Assembly (NCBI GenBank): GCA_965207445.1
Contig: CBDBLX010000002.1
Span: 1,495,849 to 1,559,848, forward strand
Direction: 5' to 3'
Source: Nitrosopumilus sp.
GTDB lineage: Archaea > Thermoproteota > Nitrososphaeria > Nitrososphaerales > Nitrosopumilaceae
DNA length: 64,000 bases
Below are positions 1 to 10,562 of the stretch, piece by piece. The notes beneath the pieces are model-generated. The model saw only the letters and a program-made list of their open reading frames with translations. It did not search any database and had not been told where the DNA came from. The position numbers and the translations under genes are program-made. Within the stretch, counting starts at the first letter, position 1, and each line of letters opens with the position of its first letter.

Positions 1-1
1 T

Positions 2-3000
2 GGAAATGTACAGACCACACCAGATACTAGTAATGTGACCGTATCACTTGGTGTGGGTATGATTATAGTGCAGTGGAACGTCACGGATCCCTCAGATAAC
101 ATAGGTACTGCTCTCCAAATGGTGGACGTCACAGACACCACCCCGCCATCTGTTGTTATAGACAACATAACAATGGAAGCAACAGGTGCCACAACTAGTG
201 TCAACATTGGCTATCCAGAGATAACTGATGCATCAGGTGGCCCATATATCGTAACACACAACGCAACTGGAAATGTACAGACCACACCAGATACTAGTAA
301 TGTGACCGTATCACTTGGTGTGGGTATGATTATAGTGCAGTGGAGCGTCACGGATCCCTCAGATAACATAGGTACTGCGCTCCAAATGGTGGACGTCACA
401 GACACCACCCCGCCTACTATCACCCTGACTGGGTCGGCTTCTGTCACCGTGACGCTGGGCGGCACATATGAAGAAGAGGGGGCAGTCTGCTCTGATATTG
501 TGGATGCTGACAAGTCAGCCACTGTAGGGGGCGACACAGTTAACACTGACTCGACGGGTCAATACACTATACAGTATACCTGCACAGATACAGCAGGTAA
601 CGAGGCCACACCTGTAAGCCGCACCGTGACCGTCCATATGGCGCCCGATACCACCTCACCGTCTATTTCCATCAACGACGTAACAATGGAAGCAACAGGT
701 GCCACAACTAGTGTCAATATTGGTTATCCAGAGATAACTGATGCATCAGGTGGCCCATATACCGTAACACACAACGCAACTGGAAATGTACAGACCACAC
801 CAGATACTAGTAATGTGACCGTATCACTTGGTGTGGGTATGATTATAGTGCAGTGGAGCGTCACGGATCCCTCAGATAACATAGGTACTGCGCTCCAAAT
901 GGTGGACGTCACAGACACCACCCCGCCTACTATCACCCTGACTGGGTCGGCTTCTGTCACCGTGACGCTGGGCGGCACATATGAAGAAGAGGGGGCAGTC
1001 TGCTCTGATATTGTGGATGCTGACAAGTCAGCCACTGTAGGGGGCGACACAGTTAACACTGACTCGACGGGTCAATACACTATACAGTATACCTGCACAG
1101 ATACAGCAGGTAACGAGGCCACACCTGTAAGCCGCACCGTGACCGTCCATATGGCGCCCGATACCACCTCACCGTCTATTTCCATCAACGACGTAACAAT
1201 GGAAGCAACAGGTGCCACAACTAGTGTCAATATTGGTTATCCAGAGATAACTGATGCATCAGGTGGCCCATATACCGTAACACACAACGCAACTGGAAAT
1301 GTACAGACCACACCAGATACTAGTAATGTGACCGTATCACTTGGTGTGGGTATGATTATAGTGCAGTGGAACGTCACGGATCCCTCAAATAACATAGGTA
1401 CTGCTCTCCAAATGGTGGACGTCACAGACACCACCCCGCCTACTATCACCCTGACTGGGTCGGCTTCTGTCACAATAACCATAGGAAACTCATATGTGGA
1501 TGCAGGGGCCGTCTGTACAGACTTGGTGGACGGTGATATTGTTCCAGTTCAACTAGGTACGGTAAACGCATTTGCCATAGGTCAGTACACCATACAGTAC
1601 ACATGCACAGACGCAACAGGTAACGAGGCCACACCAGTAAACCGTACCGTGACTGTCAATATGGCGTCCGATACCACCTCACCGTCTATTTCCATTGACG
1701 ACGTAACAATGGAAGCAACAGGTGCCACAACTAGTGTCAATATTGGTTATCCAGAGATAACTGATGCATCAGGTGGCCCATATACCGTAACATATAACGC
1801 AACTGGAAATGTACAGACCACATCAGATGCTAGTAATGTGACCGTATCACTTGGTGTGGGTATGATTATAGTGCAGTGGAGCGTTATGGATCCCTCAAAT
1901 AACATAGGTACTGCGCTCCAAATGGTGGACGTCACAGACACCACCCCGCCTACTATCACCCTGACTGGGTCGGCTTCTGTCACCGTGACGTTTGGTGGCA
2001 CATATGAGGAACAGGGAGCCGTCTGTACAGACTTGGTGGACGGTGATATTGTTCCAGTTCAACTAGGTACGGTAAACGCATTTGACATAGGTCAGTACAC
2101 CATACAGTACACCTGTACAGACGCAGCAGGTAATGAGGCCACACCTGTAAGCCGCACCGTGACTGTCAATATGGCGTCCGATACCACCTCACCGTCTATT
2201 TCCATCAACGACGTAACAATGGAAGCAACAGGTGCCACAACTAGTGTCAATATTGGCTATCCAGAGATAACTGATGCATCAGGTGGCCCATATACCATAA
2301 CACACAACGCAACTGGAAATGTACAGACCACACCAGATACTAGTAATGTGACCGTATCACTTGGTGTTGGTAGGATTATAGTGCAGTGGAACGTCACGGA
2401 TCCCTCAAATAACATAGGTACTGCGCTCCAAATGGTGGACGTCACAGACACCACCCCGCCTACTATCACCCTGATTGGCTCGGCTTCTGTCACCGTGACG
2501 TTGGGCGACACATATGAAGAAGAGGGGGCAGTCTGCTCTGATATTGTGGATGCTGACAAGCCAGCCACTGTAGGGGGCGACACAGTTAACACTGACTCGA
2601 CTGGTCAATACACCATACAGTATACCTGCACAGATACAGCAGGTAATGAGGCCACACCTGTAAGCCGCACCGTGACCGTCCATATGGCGTCCGATACCAC
2701 CTCACCGTCTATTTCCATCAACGACGTAACAATGGAAGCAACAGGTGCCACAACTAGTGTCAATATTGGCTATCCAGAGATAACTGATGCATCAGGTGGC
2801 CCATATACCGTAACACATAACGCAACTGGAAATGTACAGACCACATCAGGTGCTAGTAATGTGACCGTATCACTTGGTGTTGGTAGTATTATAGTGCAGT
2901 GGAGCGTTATGGATCCCTCAAATAACATAGGTACTGCGCTCCAAATGGTGGACGTCACAGACACCACCCCGCCTACTATCACAATGATTGGCTCGGCTTC

Positions 3001-4261
3001 TGTCACCGTGACGTTTGGTGGCACATATGAGGAACAAGGAGCCATCTGTACAGACTTGGTGGACGGTGATATTGTTCCAGTTCAACTAGGTACGGTAAAC
3101 GCATTTGCCATAGGTCAGTACACCATACAGTATACCTGCACAGATACAGCAGGTAATGAGGCCACACCTGTAAGCCGCACCGTGACCGTCCATATGGCGT
3201 CCGATACCACCTCACCGTCTATTTCCATCAACGACGTAACAATGGAAGCAACAGGTGCCACAACTAGTGTCAATATTGGCTATCCAGAGATAACTGATGC
3301 ATCAGGTGGCCCATATACCGTAACACATAACGCAACTGGAAATGTACAGACCACATCAGGTGCTAGTAATGTGACCGTATCACTTGGTGTTGGTAGTATT
3401 ATAGTGCAGTGGATCGTTATGGATCCCTCAAATAACATAGGTACTGCGCTCCAAATGGTGGACGTCACAGACACCACCCCGCCTACTATCACCCTGACTG
3501 GTTCGGCCTCTGTCACAATAACCATAGGAAACTCATATGAAGAACAGGGAGCCGTCTGTACAGACTTGGTGGACGGTGATATTGTTCCAGTTCAACTAGG
3601 TACGGTAAACGCATTTGCCATAGGTCAGTACACCATACAGTACACCTGCACAGACACAGCAGGTAACGAGGCCACACCAGTAAACCGTACCGTGACTGTC
3701 CATATGGCGCCCGACACCACCTCACCGTCTATTTCCATTGACGACGTAACAATGGAAGCAACAGGTGCAACGACTAGGGCCAATATTGGCTATCCAGAGA
3801 TAACTGATGTATCAGGTGGCCCATATACCATAACACATAACGCTACTGGAAATGTACAGACCACATCAGATGCTAGTAATGTGACCGTATCACTTGGTGT
3901 TGGTAAGATGATCGTGCAGTGGATCGTTATGGATCCCTCAAATAACATAGGTACTGCGCTCCAAATGGTGGACGTCACAGACACCACCCCGCCTACTATC
4001 ACAATGATTGGCTCGGCTTCTGTCACAATAACCATAGGAAACTCATATGAAGAACAGGGAGCCGTCTGTACAGACTTGGTGGACGGTAATATTGTTCCAG
4101 TTCAACTAGGTACGGTAAACACATTTGCCATAGGTCAGTACACCATGAAGTACACATGCACAGACACAGCAGGTAATGAGGCCACACCTGTCGGCCGCAC
4201 CATGACTGTCCATATGGCGCCCGACACCACCTCACCGTCTAATTATTCACAATGCAGATAG
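2..4261 (+). CDS. Giant Ig-like repeat surface protein, 5'-truncated by the window edge (HYR-like + DUF5011-like pairs, 8 units of 170-171 aa)
   Basis: Frame open from the window start. 510/513-bp repeats with DTTPPTITLxG...YxExGA.C.D..D...GQYTIQYTCTDxAGNEA motifs. Paralog of 32540..44017. Confidence 0.85.
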   Translation, partial: GNVQTTPDTSNVTVSLGVGMIIVQWNVTDPSDNIGTALQMVDVTDTTPPSVVIDNITMEATGATTSVNIGYPEITDASGGPYIVTHNATGNVQTTPDTSNVTVSLGVGMIIVQWSVTDPSDNIGTALQMVDVTDTTPPTITLTGSASVTVTLGGTYEEEGAVCSDIVDADKSATVGGDTVNTDSTGQYTIQYTCTDTAGNEATPVSRTVTVHMAPDTTSPSISINDVTMEATGATTSVNIGYPEITDASGGPYTVTHNATGNVQTTPDTSNVTVSLGVGMIIVQWSVTDPSDNIGTALQMVDVTDTTPPTITLTGSASVTVTLGGTYEEEGAVCSDIVDADKSATVGGDTVNTDSTGQYTIQYTCTDTAGNEATPVSRTVTVHMAPDTTSPSISINDVTMEATGATTSVNIGYPEITDASGGPYTVTHNATGNVQTTPDTSNVTVSLGVGMIIVQWNVTDPSNNIGTALQMVDVTDTTPPTITLTGSASVTITIGNSYVDAGAVCTDLVDGDIVPVQLGTVNAFAIGQYTIQYTCTDATGNEATPVNRTVTVNMASDTTSPSISIDDVTMEATGATTSVNIGYPEITDASGGPYTVTYNATGNVQTTSDASNVTVSLGVGMIIVQWSVMDPSNNIGTALQMVDVTDTTPPTITLTGSASVTVTFGGTYEEQGAVCTDLVDGDIVPVQLGTVNAFDIGQYTIQYTCTDAAGNEATPVSRTVTVNMASDTTSPSISINDVTMEATGATTSVNIGYPEITDASGGPYTITHNATGNVQTTPDTSNVTVSLGVGRIIVQWNVTDPSNNIGTALQMVDVTDTTPPTITLIGSASVTVTLGDTYEEEGAVCSDIVDADKPATVGGDTVNTDSTGQYTIQYTCTDTAGNEATPVSRTVTVHMASDTTSPSISINDVTMEATGATTSVNIGYPEITDASGGPYTVTHNATGNVQTTSGASNVTVSLGVGSIIVQWSVMDPSNNIGTALQMVDVTDTTPPTITMIGSASVTVTFGGTYEEQGAICTDLVDGDIVPVQLGTVNAFAIGQYTIQYTCTDTAGNEATPVSRTVTVHMASDTTSPSISINDVTMEATGATTSVNIGYPEITDASGGPYTVTHNATGNVQTTSGASNVTVSLGVGSIIVQWIVMDPSNNIGTALQMVDVTDTTPPTITLTGSASVTITIGNSYEEQGAVCTDLVDGDIVPVQLGTVNAFAIGQYTIQYTCTDTAGNEATPVNRTVTVHMAPDTTSPSISIDDVTMEATGATTRANIGYPEITDVSGGPYTITHNATGNVQTTSDASNVTVSLGVGKMIVQWIVMDPSNNIGTALQMVDVTDTTPPTITMIGSASVTITIGNSYEEQGAVCTDLVDGNIVPVQLGTVNTFAIGQYTMKYTCTDTAGNEATPVGRTMTVHMAPDTTSPSNYSQCR

Positions 4262-4818
4262 CATCTCAGGATTTCAGTCGTAATTGAAATCATGATTTAT
4301 ACTCCTGCCGTGGTTACGGCTGTGTAATCTATAAAAACCATATGTGATATACATGGTACAACAAAACTGGAAATTAGGTGGTAAGAATCATGATGGTAAC
4401 TGTTAACTCCGTGCCTAGATTTTTGCACTATTTTTTGATCCTATCTTGAGTTTGTGCCTAAAAATGTCTATGATTTCAAAATTATGTTAGCTGTTAACCA
4501 TATGTGATAAGCGAAGCGCGGTAAAGTCGGAAATTAGATAGTATTAGTTGTGATTGGGCATAAACTCATCAAATTTTTAGCCATATGGCAACGACCCTAC
4601 CGCCACATTGACATTACATGTAGGGGACTAAACAAGACTATGTATTATGAGCGTTGTTGGGTTTTTGTTTTTTTGTATAAAGTTTCGTGATCTATATAAT
4701 CATTCAAAAATAACGCCTAGTCAAATGCAGCGCATGTACAATACTCTATACGAAAACAAAATGTGACCAAATATAAGTATGTGATTTTATTATTATGTCC
4801 AAAGAGCTTGATTCACAC
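4240..4818. repeat. Segmental duplication, copy 1 (giant-gene 3' end plus about 560 bp downstream)
   Basis: Near-identical to 43996..44575 up to cttgattcacac, then diverges abruptly. Confidence 0.9.
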
Positions 4819-4825
4819 AAAAAAT
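4690..4825. repeat. About 130-bp dispersed intergenic repeat
   Basis: atcattcaaaaa...tagtcaaatgcagcgcatgt...cttgattcacac; also seen at about 7325-7455 and 44450-44575. Confidence 0.7.
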
Positions 4826-4990
4826 ACGCGCTTTTCATATCAGTTGTAACCGTGCACCTATGTTAATCCCATGAGGCGTTGACAAGGCAACTATTTTGTC
4901 GTTACACTTTCATTTCATGCCTACGGATACGCAGAGTCGTTGATATCTTACGCTAGGAGTGTGTAAGATGCCAAGATCTAGGACTGCCAG

Positions 4991-6179
4991 TTATTGTTTC
5001 TGGCTTGTCTTTGCGATCTTGTCCAGCTTGCGTCGATACAGATCCTCGTTACGTGACTTGTACGGTTCCTACGTGATCAGGATGTGCCACATTATCGTGA
5101 CCGTCTTGTGTGACACGGTTATTATGCCAAGTGGATGTTTGCCTGCATGACGTCACTTGACTGACTCGTAGACAAGCTTCATCTTCGAGTCGTGCATCAC
5201 AGATATCTGCGCAGCATCGCGTATTGCCCAGTTGACTAGGTCGCAGGTGTTCTGCTTTTTGATGCGGCTCTTGTGCGATACGTCGCCTGATTCGCTTATC
5301 CTTGGGCAGAGACCCGTAATTGAGACCATTTTTTTGGATTCTTGAATCGCGCTACACCATCTATCTCAACTTGCAGCCATCAACAGTACGATAAATGCAC
5401 CAACATCGGGCATACTCATCAAAAGTATTGCATCCTTGTTCGGGTATGCTTTTTTTGTAAAATACCTGTCAGTATCTGCCAAGGACTATAAGATGCGGCA
5501 TATGTCTGACGTGCTTTTGTAGCACAAACGTCTCATGTGCAGTACCGAGCTTGATCCATTTTAACTGCTCAATTCCCTTGGCGCGAGTACATCTTTGTTG
5601 CATCGATGGTTAGTTCATACCCATCAAGAAGAGCATGAATGCGGTTTATCGCCTCTGTCCTTTTCTGGTCGCCTGAGATGGTTACCCACATATTACACAT
5701 GGCAGGCATGGATGCGGTTTATCTCCTCTGTTCTTTTCGGGGTCAGTCTGACATAATGTCGTATATGTTCTGATACTGCGTATGTATTCTTCTGGAACGT
5801 GGGTCTTGTGCATCATGCCAGCCAGGAGAAAGGTTGCCAGTTTGTACGCATCTTCCTTGTCGGTCTTTTTGGCGCTCTTTGTGATGTGCTAGTCTGTATG
5901 GATTTGTAAGAATAATTCGGATTCCCGTGTTATTGAATGCGTTGTGTGTGGAACGCCACATGTTAACAGTTGATTCGTAGACTGCTGCTGCAGCAGTTAA
6001 CATTTTTTGTACCGTACTTGCGTATCATGCCCTCTGCGATTTGTTTTGCATCATGTATTGTATTTGTATACTGTCCTTTTTTGAGGATGTTGCCATTATG
6101 TCCCAGTACACAATAGTCACACTTTTTTTTTGCTGATGTTGATTCCCATGTATGTGGTCGCTGTCACATATTTGTCCAT
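4991..6179 (-). pseudogene. IS110-family transposase pseudogene
   Basis: Fragments YMGINISKKK, VYESTVNMW...LTNPY, LLMSMPDVGAF and a C-terminal HKTVTIMWHIL...EPYKSRNEDLYRRKL, broken by frameshifts and stops. Confidence 0.75.
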
Positions 6180-6242
6180 TTTTTTATCATATCCTTTTGG
6201 ACGTTTGATGTTGACAGAACGAAAGCTGCAATCACCCATCAG

Positions 6243-6366
6243 GGCGCAAAGCCCAGTCATATAGCAGTTCTGATTCCCCCGTGTTATCAGAGTTGGTAAC
6301 AGCAGCAGTAGTAGTAGTAGTAGTAGGTGGAAGGCGCAAAGCCCAGTCATATAGCAGTTCTGATTC
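6243..6366. repeat. 34-bp perfect direct repeat pair separated by a 56-bp spacer containing a (cag/tag)n run
   Basis: ggcgcaaagcccagtcatatagcagttctgattc at 6243-6276 and 6333-6366. Confidence 0.95.
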
Positions 6367-6481
6367 GCCCATTTAACCCCAAGAGTGTACGAACTGATTA
6401 GAGTCCGTGTTCCATGAACGGCGAAGGATCGCTCCATCACCCTAGCTACGCCAGAGGGAGGAGAAATGGTGTGGTTATCAT

Positions 6482-6560
6482 GTATGCAACCCCTATGCCT
6501 GCTCCAGATGTTAGGCAACGAATCTGTGCCTAAATTTGAAAAAAAAAGTCAAAAGGTTAC
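6482..6560. mobile_element. Degenerate copy of the about 80-bp GTAAC-ended MITE
   Basis: gaatctgtgcctaaatttgaaaa...aaggttac matches the core of 19773-19851 and 28771-28851. Confidence 0.6.
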
Positions 6561-6609
6561 GCTATCATACACACAATACTTTAAAACGTCATACATATTA
6601 CAACATACA

Positions 6610-7035
6610 ATGAGTAAACAAAAATCAGTACCACGAAGCATAAAGATTCTTGTTGCAAAACTAGGTCTTGATGGACACGATAGAGGTGCACTTGTCTTGT
6701 GTAGAGCATTTAGAGATGCAGGGATGGAAGTCATATACTCTGGACTCTTTGCAACGCCACAAAGAATAGCACAGATTGCAGAAGATGAGGATGTGGATGC
6801 AGTTGCCATGAGTTTACTCAACGGAGCACATGGGACATTATTTCCAAGAGTTGTAAAAGAGATAAAGAAAAAAGGCATTAATGATGTACTAGTTGTAGGA
6901 GGGGGAGTAATCCCAGAGGCAGATCATGCAGATTTGCTAAAAGCAGGCATCAATCATGTGTTTGGTCCAGGTACCCCACTTCCAACCATCATAAGTCACA
7001 TAAATACAGGTGTGGGAAATCTTCGAAAGTTGTGA
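6610..7035 (+). CDS. Methylmalonyl-CoA mutase small (cobalamin-binding) subunit
   Basis: KLGLDGHDRGA (DxHxxG B12-binding motif), SLLNGAH, VVGGGVIP. Start reassigned to ATG 6610. Confidence 0.9.
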   Translation: MSKQKSVPRSIKILVAKLGLDGHDRGALVLCRAFRDAGMEVIYSGLFATPQRIAQIAEDEDVDAVAMSLLNGAHGTLFPRVVKEIKKKGINDVLVVGGGVIPEADHADLLKAGINHVFGPGTPLPTIISHINTGVGNLRKL

Positions 7036-7324
7036 TTTACATCAATACGCAATAGTATTTTACAAACGTTTTTTCAAAAATACAACTCTGCACAATTTAG
7101 ACATACATTATGTTGTTTTTCTTACAATAACAAGCAGTACATATTTTTCTAACAATACAATTATTAAAATAGTAGAGTTTGACACGATGTAATTTTTGGA
7201 AAAAGTATATGAAACTACAATCATGAACTTTTTATAATTATTTTAAAAATACAGATTATACATAATATCCATTGTATGTAAAATTGATTCAATAAAACGT
7301 GTAAAGTAAGTTCTATTACTGATA

Positions 7325-7455
7325 TGATCATTCAAAAACAGATCCTAGTCAAATGTAGCGCATGTGTGATACTCGATATGCAGACAAGAGTATGGCCAAA
7401 TACAACTATATGATTTCATTATTGTATCCAAAGAGTTTGGTTCACACAATAAAAC
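7325..7455. repeat. About 130-bp dispersed repeat, diverged copy
   Basis: atcattcaaaaacagatcctagtcaaatgtagcgcatgtg...ccaaagagtttggttcacac aligns to 4697-4818. Confidence 0.7.
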
Positions 7456-7554
7456 ACATCTAGTTTAATTCTGTGTATGATGAATGCCAAAGATCAATGA
7501 TTATTTCATATCAAAATAATCATGCTATAAATAGCAACAATATCATATACCAAT

Positions 7555-7704
7555 ATGCCAGTTGTTGATCCCGTATGCGGAATAGAACTTGATGATGACT
7601 TGGCACTACCACACGATTACAAAGGTACAACATACTATTTTTGTTGTAATGGATGTCGTAGAATATTTATCAAAAAACCACGCAAATATAAAAATAACGT
7701 CTAG
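7555..7704 (+). CDS. YHS-domain small protein (49 aa, below the ORF-track cutoff)
   Basis: Translated by hand: MPVVDPVCGIELDDDLALPHDYKGTTYYFCCNGCRRIFIKKPRKYKNNV; DPVCG...YYFC motif. Confidence 0.85.
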   Translation: MPVVDPVCGIELDDDLALPHDYKGTTYYFCCNGCRRIFIKKPRKYKNNV

Positions 7705-9056
7705 ATAGGAAATGCAGCACACATTCTACAAAAGCGAACATTGTCGGGTATTTTGATTTTACAAAAAGGACATAATCGATGTGCTGTTTTTGTTTTATTA
7801 GTTTTTGTTGTATTGTGTATATCATCACCATCACCATCATCATCATTATAATTATTATTATTATTATTATCATATAAAACACCCTGTGTAGAATCAGATA
7901 CATCATTGCAAGCATCATTGCAAGCATCACTATAACTATCAATCCCCTCAAAATCAAACTTTGCAGGTATACCATAAAGATCTCTGAATATTTCATAATA
8001 GTAAAGAGACTCTCTATTTCTAATTACAACACCATCATTATCTTTAATCTTGAGTATTTTTTCAACATATGATTCTTCATCTATACGCATAATTGAATTA
8101 AACATGTCTGTAAGCCCAACTGTACCAGAGCCGTCTTGCATTGCATATTTAGGTCTCCATGCAATTTTGTTATCCAAGACATCCTCAAAAGATTTACGAA
8201 GAATCCATTTACCATATCGAATATTTGTATTGTGATCATTGTTGTGATCATTGTTGTGATCATCATCATTATCAATACCATCACCACCACCATTATCACC
8301 ACCATTACCACTAATATCATCAACACCAACAGAATCAATTTCCTCAGCACACCTATCACTAGCACGATCGTTGAAAAAGTTAATTTGATTATATTTTACT
8401 TTAAGTTCGGGTGCAATCTTTTTTGCAAGTTCTAGTACATCAGAATCCAAAAATGGAGATATCGGTTCGATACCAAATGACTTGCATATTACATGAGATG
8501 GGAAATGCATAGAATCACATACACGTTGAATCTCATCAGACAATTTGTCAAGCGGCGTTTGTATTAGAAATTTGTATCCTGCAAACAGTTCATCTGCACC
8601 ATCACCAGTTGCCATAGACGTATACCCATTTTCAGAGGCCCATTTTGCTGCCAAATATATCACCACGCTGTTTCGAATCTCAATCTCATTGAAATTTCGA
8701 AGTATCTTTATCGTCTCTTTTGTTCCATCAAGAATATCATCAATAGACACATTCAATATCACAGGTGAAATACCGAGATTATTTGATGCTATTTGAGAGT
8801 ATACAAGATCCGGTGAGACAAAGTCATTTGCCACGACCGTAATTGCACTTACTTGTTTGCTTTGTTGTTGTGTAGCATACCATGCAACAATACTAGAGTC
8901 AAGTCCTCCCGAAAAAGCTACCAAGTCAATCTGGTGCTTTGAGCACGCAATACTCAAAGTGTACTTGAGATCATCGATCACATGTGAAATAGCATCACTT
9001 GTTAAATTGTTTGTGATAGATTTAGATGAAAATGTAGGTGATGATATTTCTGGCAA
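7701..9056 (-). CDS. Asparagine synthase C-terminal-domain protein with low-complexity inserts and a C-terminal zinc ribbon
   Basis: AFSGGLDSS PP-loop, TGDGADELFAGY, SPFLD, KWILRK, WRPK; terminal CPFC...CRMC. Confidence 0.85.
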   Translation of the reverse strand: MPEISSPTFSSKSITNNLTSDAISHVIDDLKYTLSIACSKHQIDLVAFSGGLDSSIVAWYATQQQSKQVSAITVVANDFVSPDLVYSQIASNNLGISPVILNVSIDDILDGTKETIKILRNFNEIEIRNSVVIYLAAKWASENGYTSMATGDGADELFAGYKFLIQTPLDKLSDEIQRVCDSMHFPSHVICKSFGIEPISPFLDSDVLELAKKIAPELKVKYNQINFFNDRASDRCAEEIDSVGVDDISGNGGDNGGGDGIDNDDDHNNDHNNDHNTNIRYGKWILRKSFEDVLDNKIAWRPKYAMQDGSGTVGLTDMFNSIMRIDEESYVEKILKIKDNDGVVIRNRESLYYYEIFRDLYGIPAKFDFEGIDSYSDACNDACNDVSDSTQGVLYDNNNNNNYNDDDGDGDDIHNTTKTNKTKTAHRLCPFCKIKIPDNVRFCRMCAAFPI

Positions 9057-9279
9057 TAATTTGTATGTGCAAGTCTACAAAATAAAGTAATTATTTGCAC
9101 ATTATAATATCACATAACAACTATTACAAACATAACTAATAAAAATAAACATATAAAATAATATTAGTTAAATATTTTATAAAATATATTGAGCGTTTTG
9201 ATGTAACACATCTAACCTAAATGTTCAAAAAAGAAATAAAAAATTACACATATTATATCAAATTGTATAAATGCATATC

Positions 9280-9420
9280 TTAACTGTCTATAAGCCAAGA
9301 TATTGTATTTAGATAAGTTTGATCATCCATACCACCTTCTGCCCAAAAACTTGCTACTCTAATCTAGTCTGGTATCTCTGCATATGCAATTCCTGTAGTT
9401 GACAGACGTGTAATTATCAT
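9280..9420 (-). pseudogene. Remnant of a thaumarchaeal secreted protein with an IPxW..A.WW..G.IDD-type motif
   Basis: Hand translation MIITRLSTTGIAYAEIPD*IRVASFWAEGGMDDQTYLNTISWLIDS; TAG sits at the expected Trp position. Confidence 0.55.
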
Positions 9421-9503
9421 AATACTTGTAAAAATTGTTATTGTTTGTTTATCCTTTATTACATAAGGGACAAATTTGATACTTTATGACTTTGATTTAC
9501 GTA

Positions 9504-10127
9504 TCATTTTTTACGCTTTTTGCCTTTCTTGCTCTTTTTACCGTTCACTGCTTTTAGTATACTATTGAGACATTCTTTTTGTGTTTGTAATGTTGTGCCT
9601 ACCGTATCCAGTCTACCATTCACATTTTCTAATGTTGTGCCTACCGTATCCAGTCTACCATTCACATCTTTTATTGCTGTGTCTACCGTATCCAGTCTAC
9701 CATTCACATTTTCTAATGTTGTGCCTACCGTATCCAGTCTACCATTCACATCTTTTATTGCTGTGTCTACCGTATCCAGTCTACCATTCACATCTTTTAT
9801 TGCTGTGTCTACCGTATCCAGTCTACCATTCACATCTTTTATTGCTGTGTCTACCGTATCCAGTCTACCATTCACATCTTTTATTGCTGTGTCTACCGTA
9901 TCCAGTCTACCATTCACATCTTTTATTGCTGTGTCTACCGTATCCAGTCTACCATTCACATTTTCTAATGTTGTATCTACCTTATCCAGTCTACCATTCA
10001 CATTTTCTAATGTTGTATCTACCTTATCCAGTCTACCATTCACATTTTCTAATGCATTTCTCATATAGTCTCTATCTTCTTTCCACTCACTATGCATAAC
10101 TGGTCTATCATCTTTTTCACGTACCAT
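9504..10127 (-). CDS. Coiled-coil protein with 11 x 14-aa (42-bp) repeats and a Lys/Arg tail
   Basis: VNGRLDTVDTAIKD / VNGRLDxVxTTLEN double heptads; ends KKSKKGKKRKK. Confidence 0.75.
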   Translation of the reverse strand: MVREKDDRPVMHSEWKEDRDYMRNALENVNGRLDKVDTTLENVNGRLDKVDTTLENVNGRLDTVDTAIKDVNGRLDTVDTAIKDVNGRLDTVDTAIKDVNGRLDTVDTAIKDVNGRLDTVDTAIKDVNGRLDTVGTTLENVNGRLDTVDTAIKDVNGRLDTVGTTLENVNGRLDTVGTTLQTQKECLNSILKAVNGKKSKKGKKRKK

Positions 10128-10166
10128 GTTTTATCTATATTATTTTGGTTATATAAGAGATTATAA

Positions 10167-10562
10167 TTATTGTGTCACTTCCAGTACGGGCTTTTCTGTA
10201 TCTGAAATTGCAGGTATTACATGATCTAGAACGGCATGTCTAACAAAGTTAGTCTTCTCGATTCCTTCCTTTTTTGCAAAATTATCGATCATGGTATATT
10301 CTGCATCTGTAACACGTATTGTAATTGAGCGTGTCTTTGGAATTGGTTTGTGGGTTACATTGTAATACATTTTTTCAACTCTATCAAGTCTGGATTTTGT
10401 CAACTCTTGTTCATACTTTATCTTTGTTAGTCAGTCTGTATCCTTGAGAGCATCTACTAGTACGTCTGTTAAAGTCATGTCTGCACGTTTGGCACGTGTT
10501 TTGAGATCGTCTATTACATCTGCATCAAGTCTGAAATTTACAACATCTTTTTTGTCATACAA
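10167..10562 (-). pseudogene. Tandem ribbon-helix-helix (CopG-like) regulator with an internal in-frame TGA at 10431-10433
   Basis: KKDVVNFRLDADVIDDLKTRAKRADMTLTDVLVDAL is in frame with RSITIRVTDAEYTMIDNFAKKEGIEKTNFVRHAV. Could instead be two separate small genes. Confidence 0.6.

Noticed and set aside
6243..6366. 34-bp repeat pair as a mini-CRISPR
   Set aside because: Only two repeats, the 56-bp spacer is largely microsatellite, and no cas genes are in the window.
9520..10099. Plus-strand repeat ORFs (182 and 172 aa)
   Set aside because: Shadows of the 42-bp repeat; the minus-strand frame has sensible unique ends and heptad chemistry.
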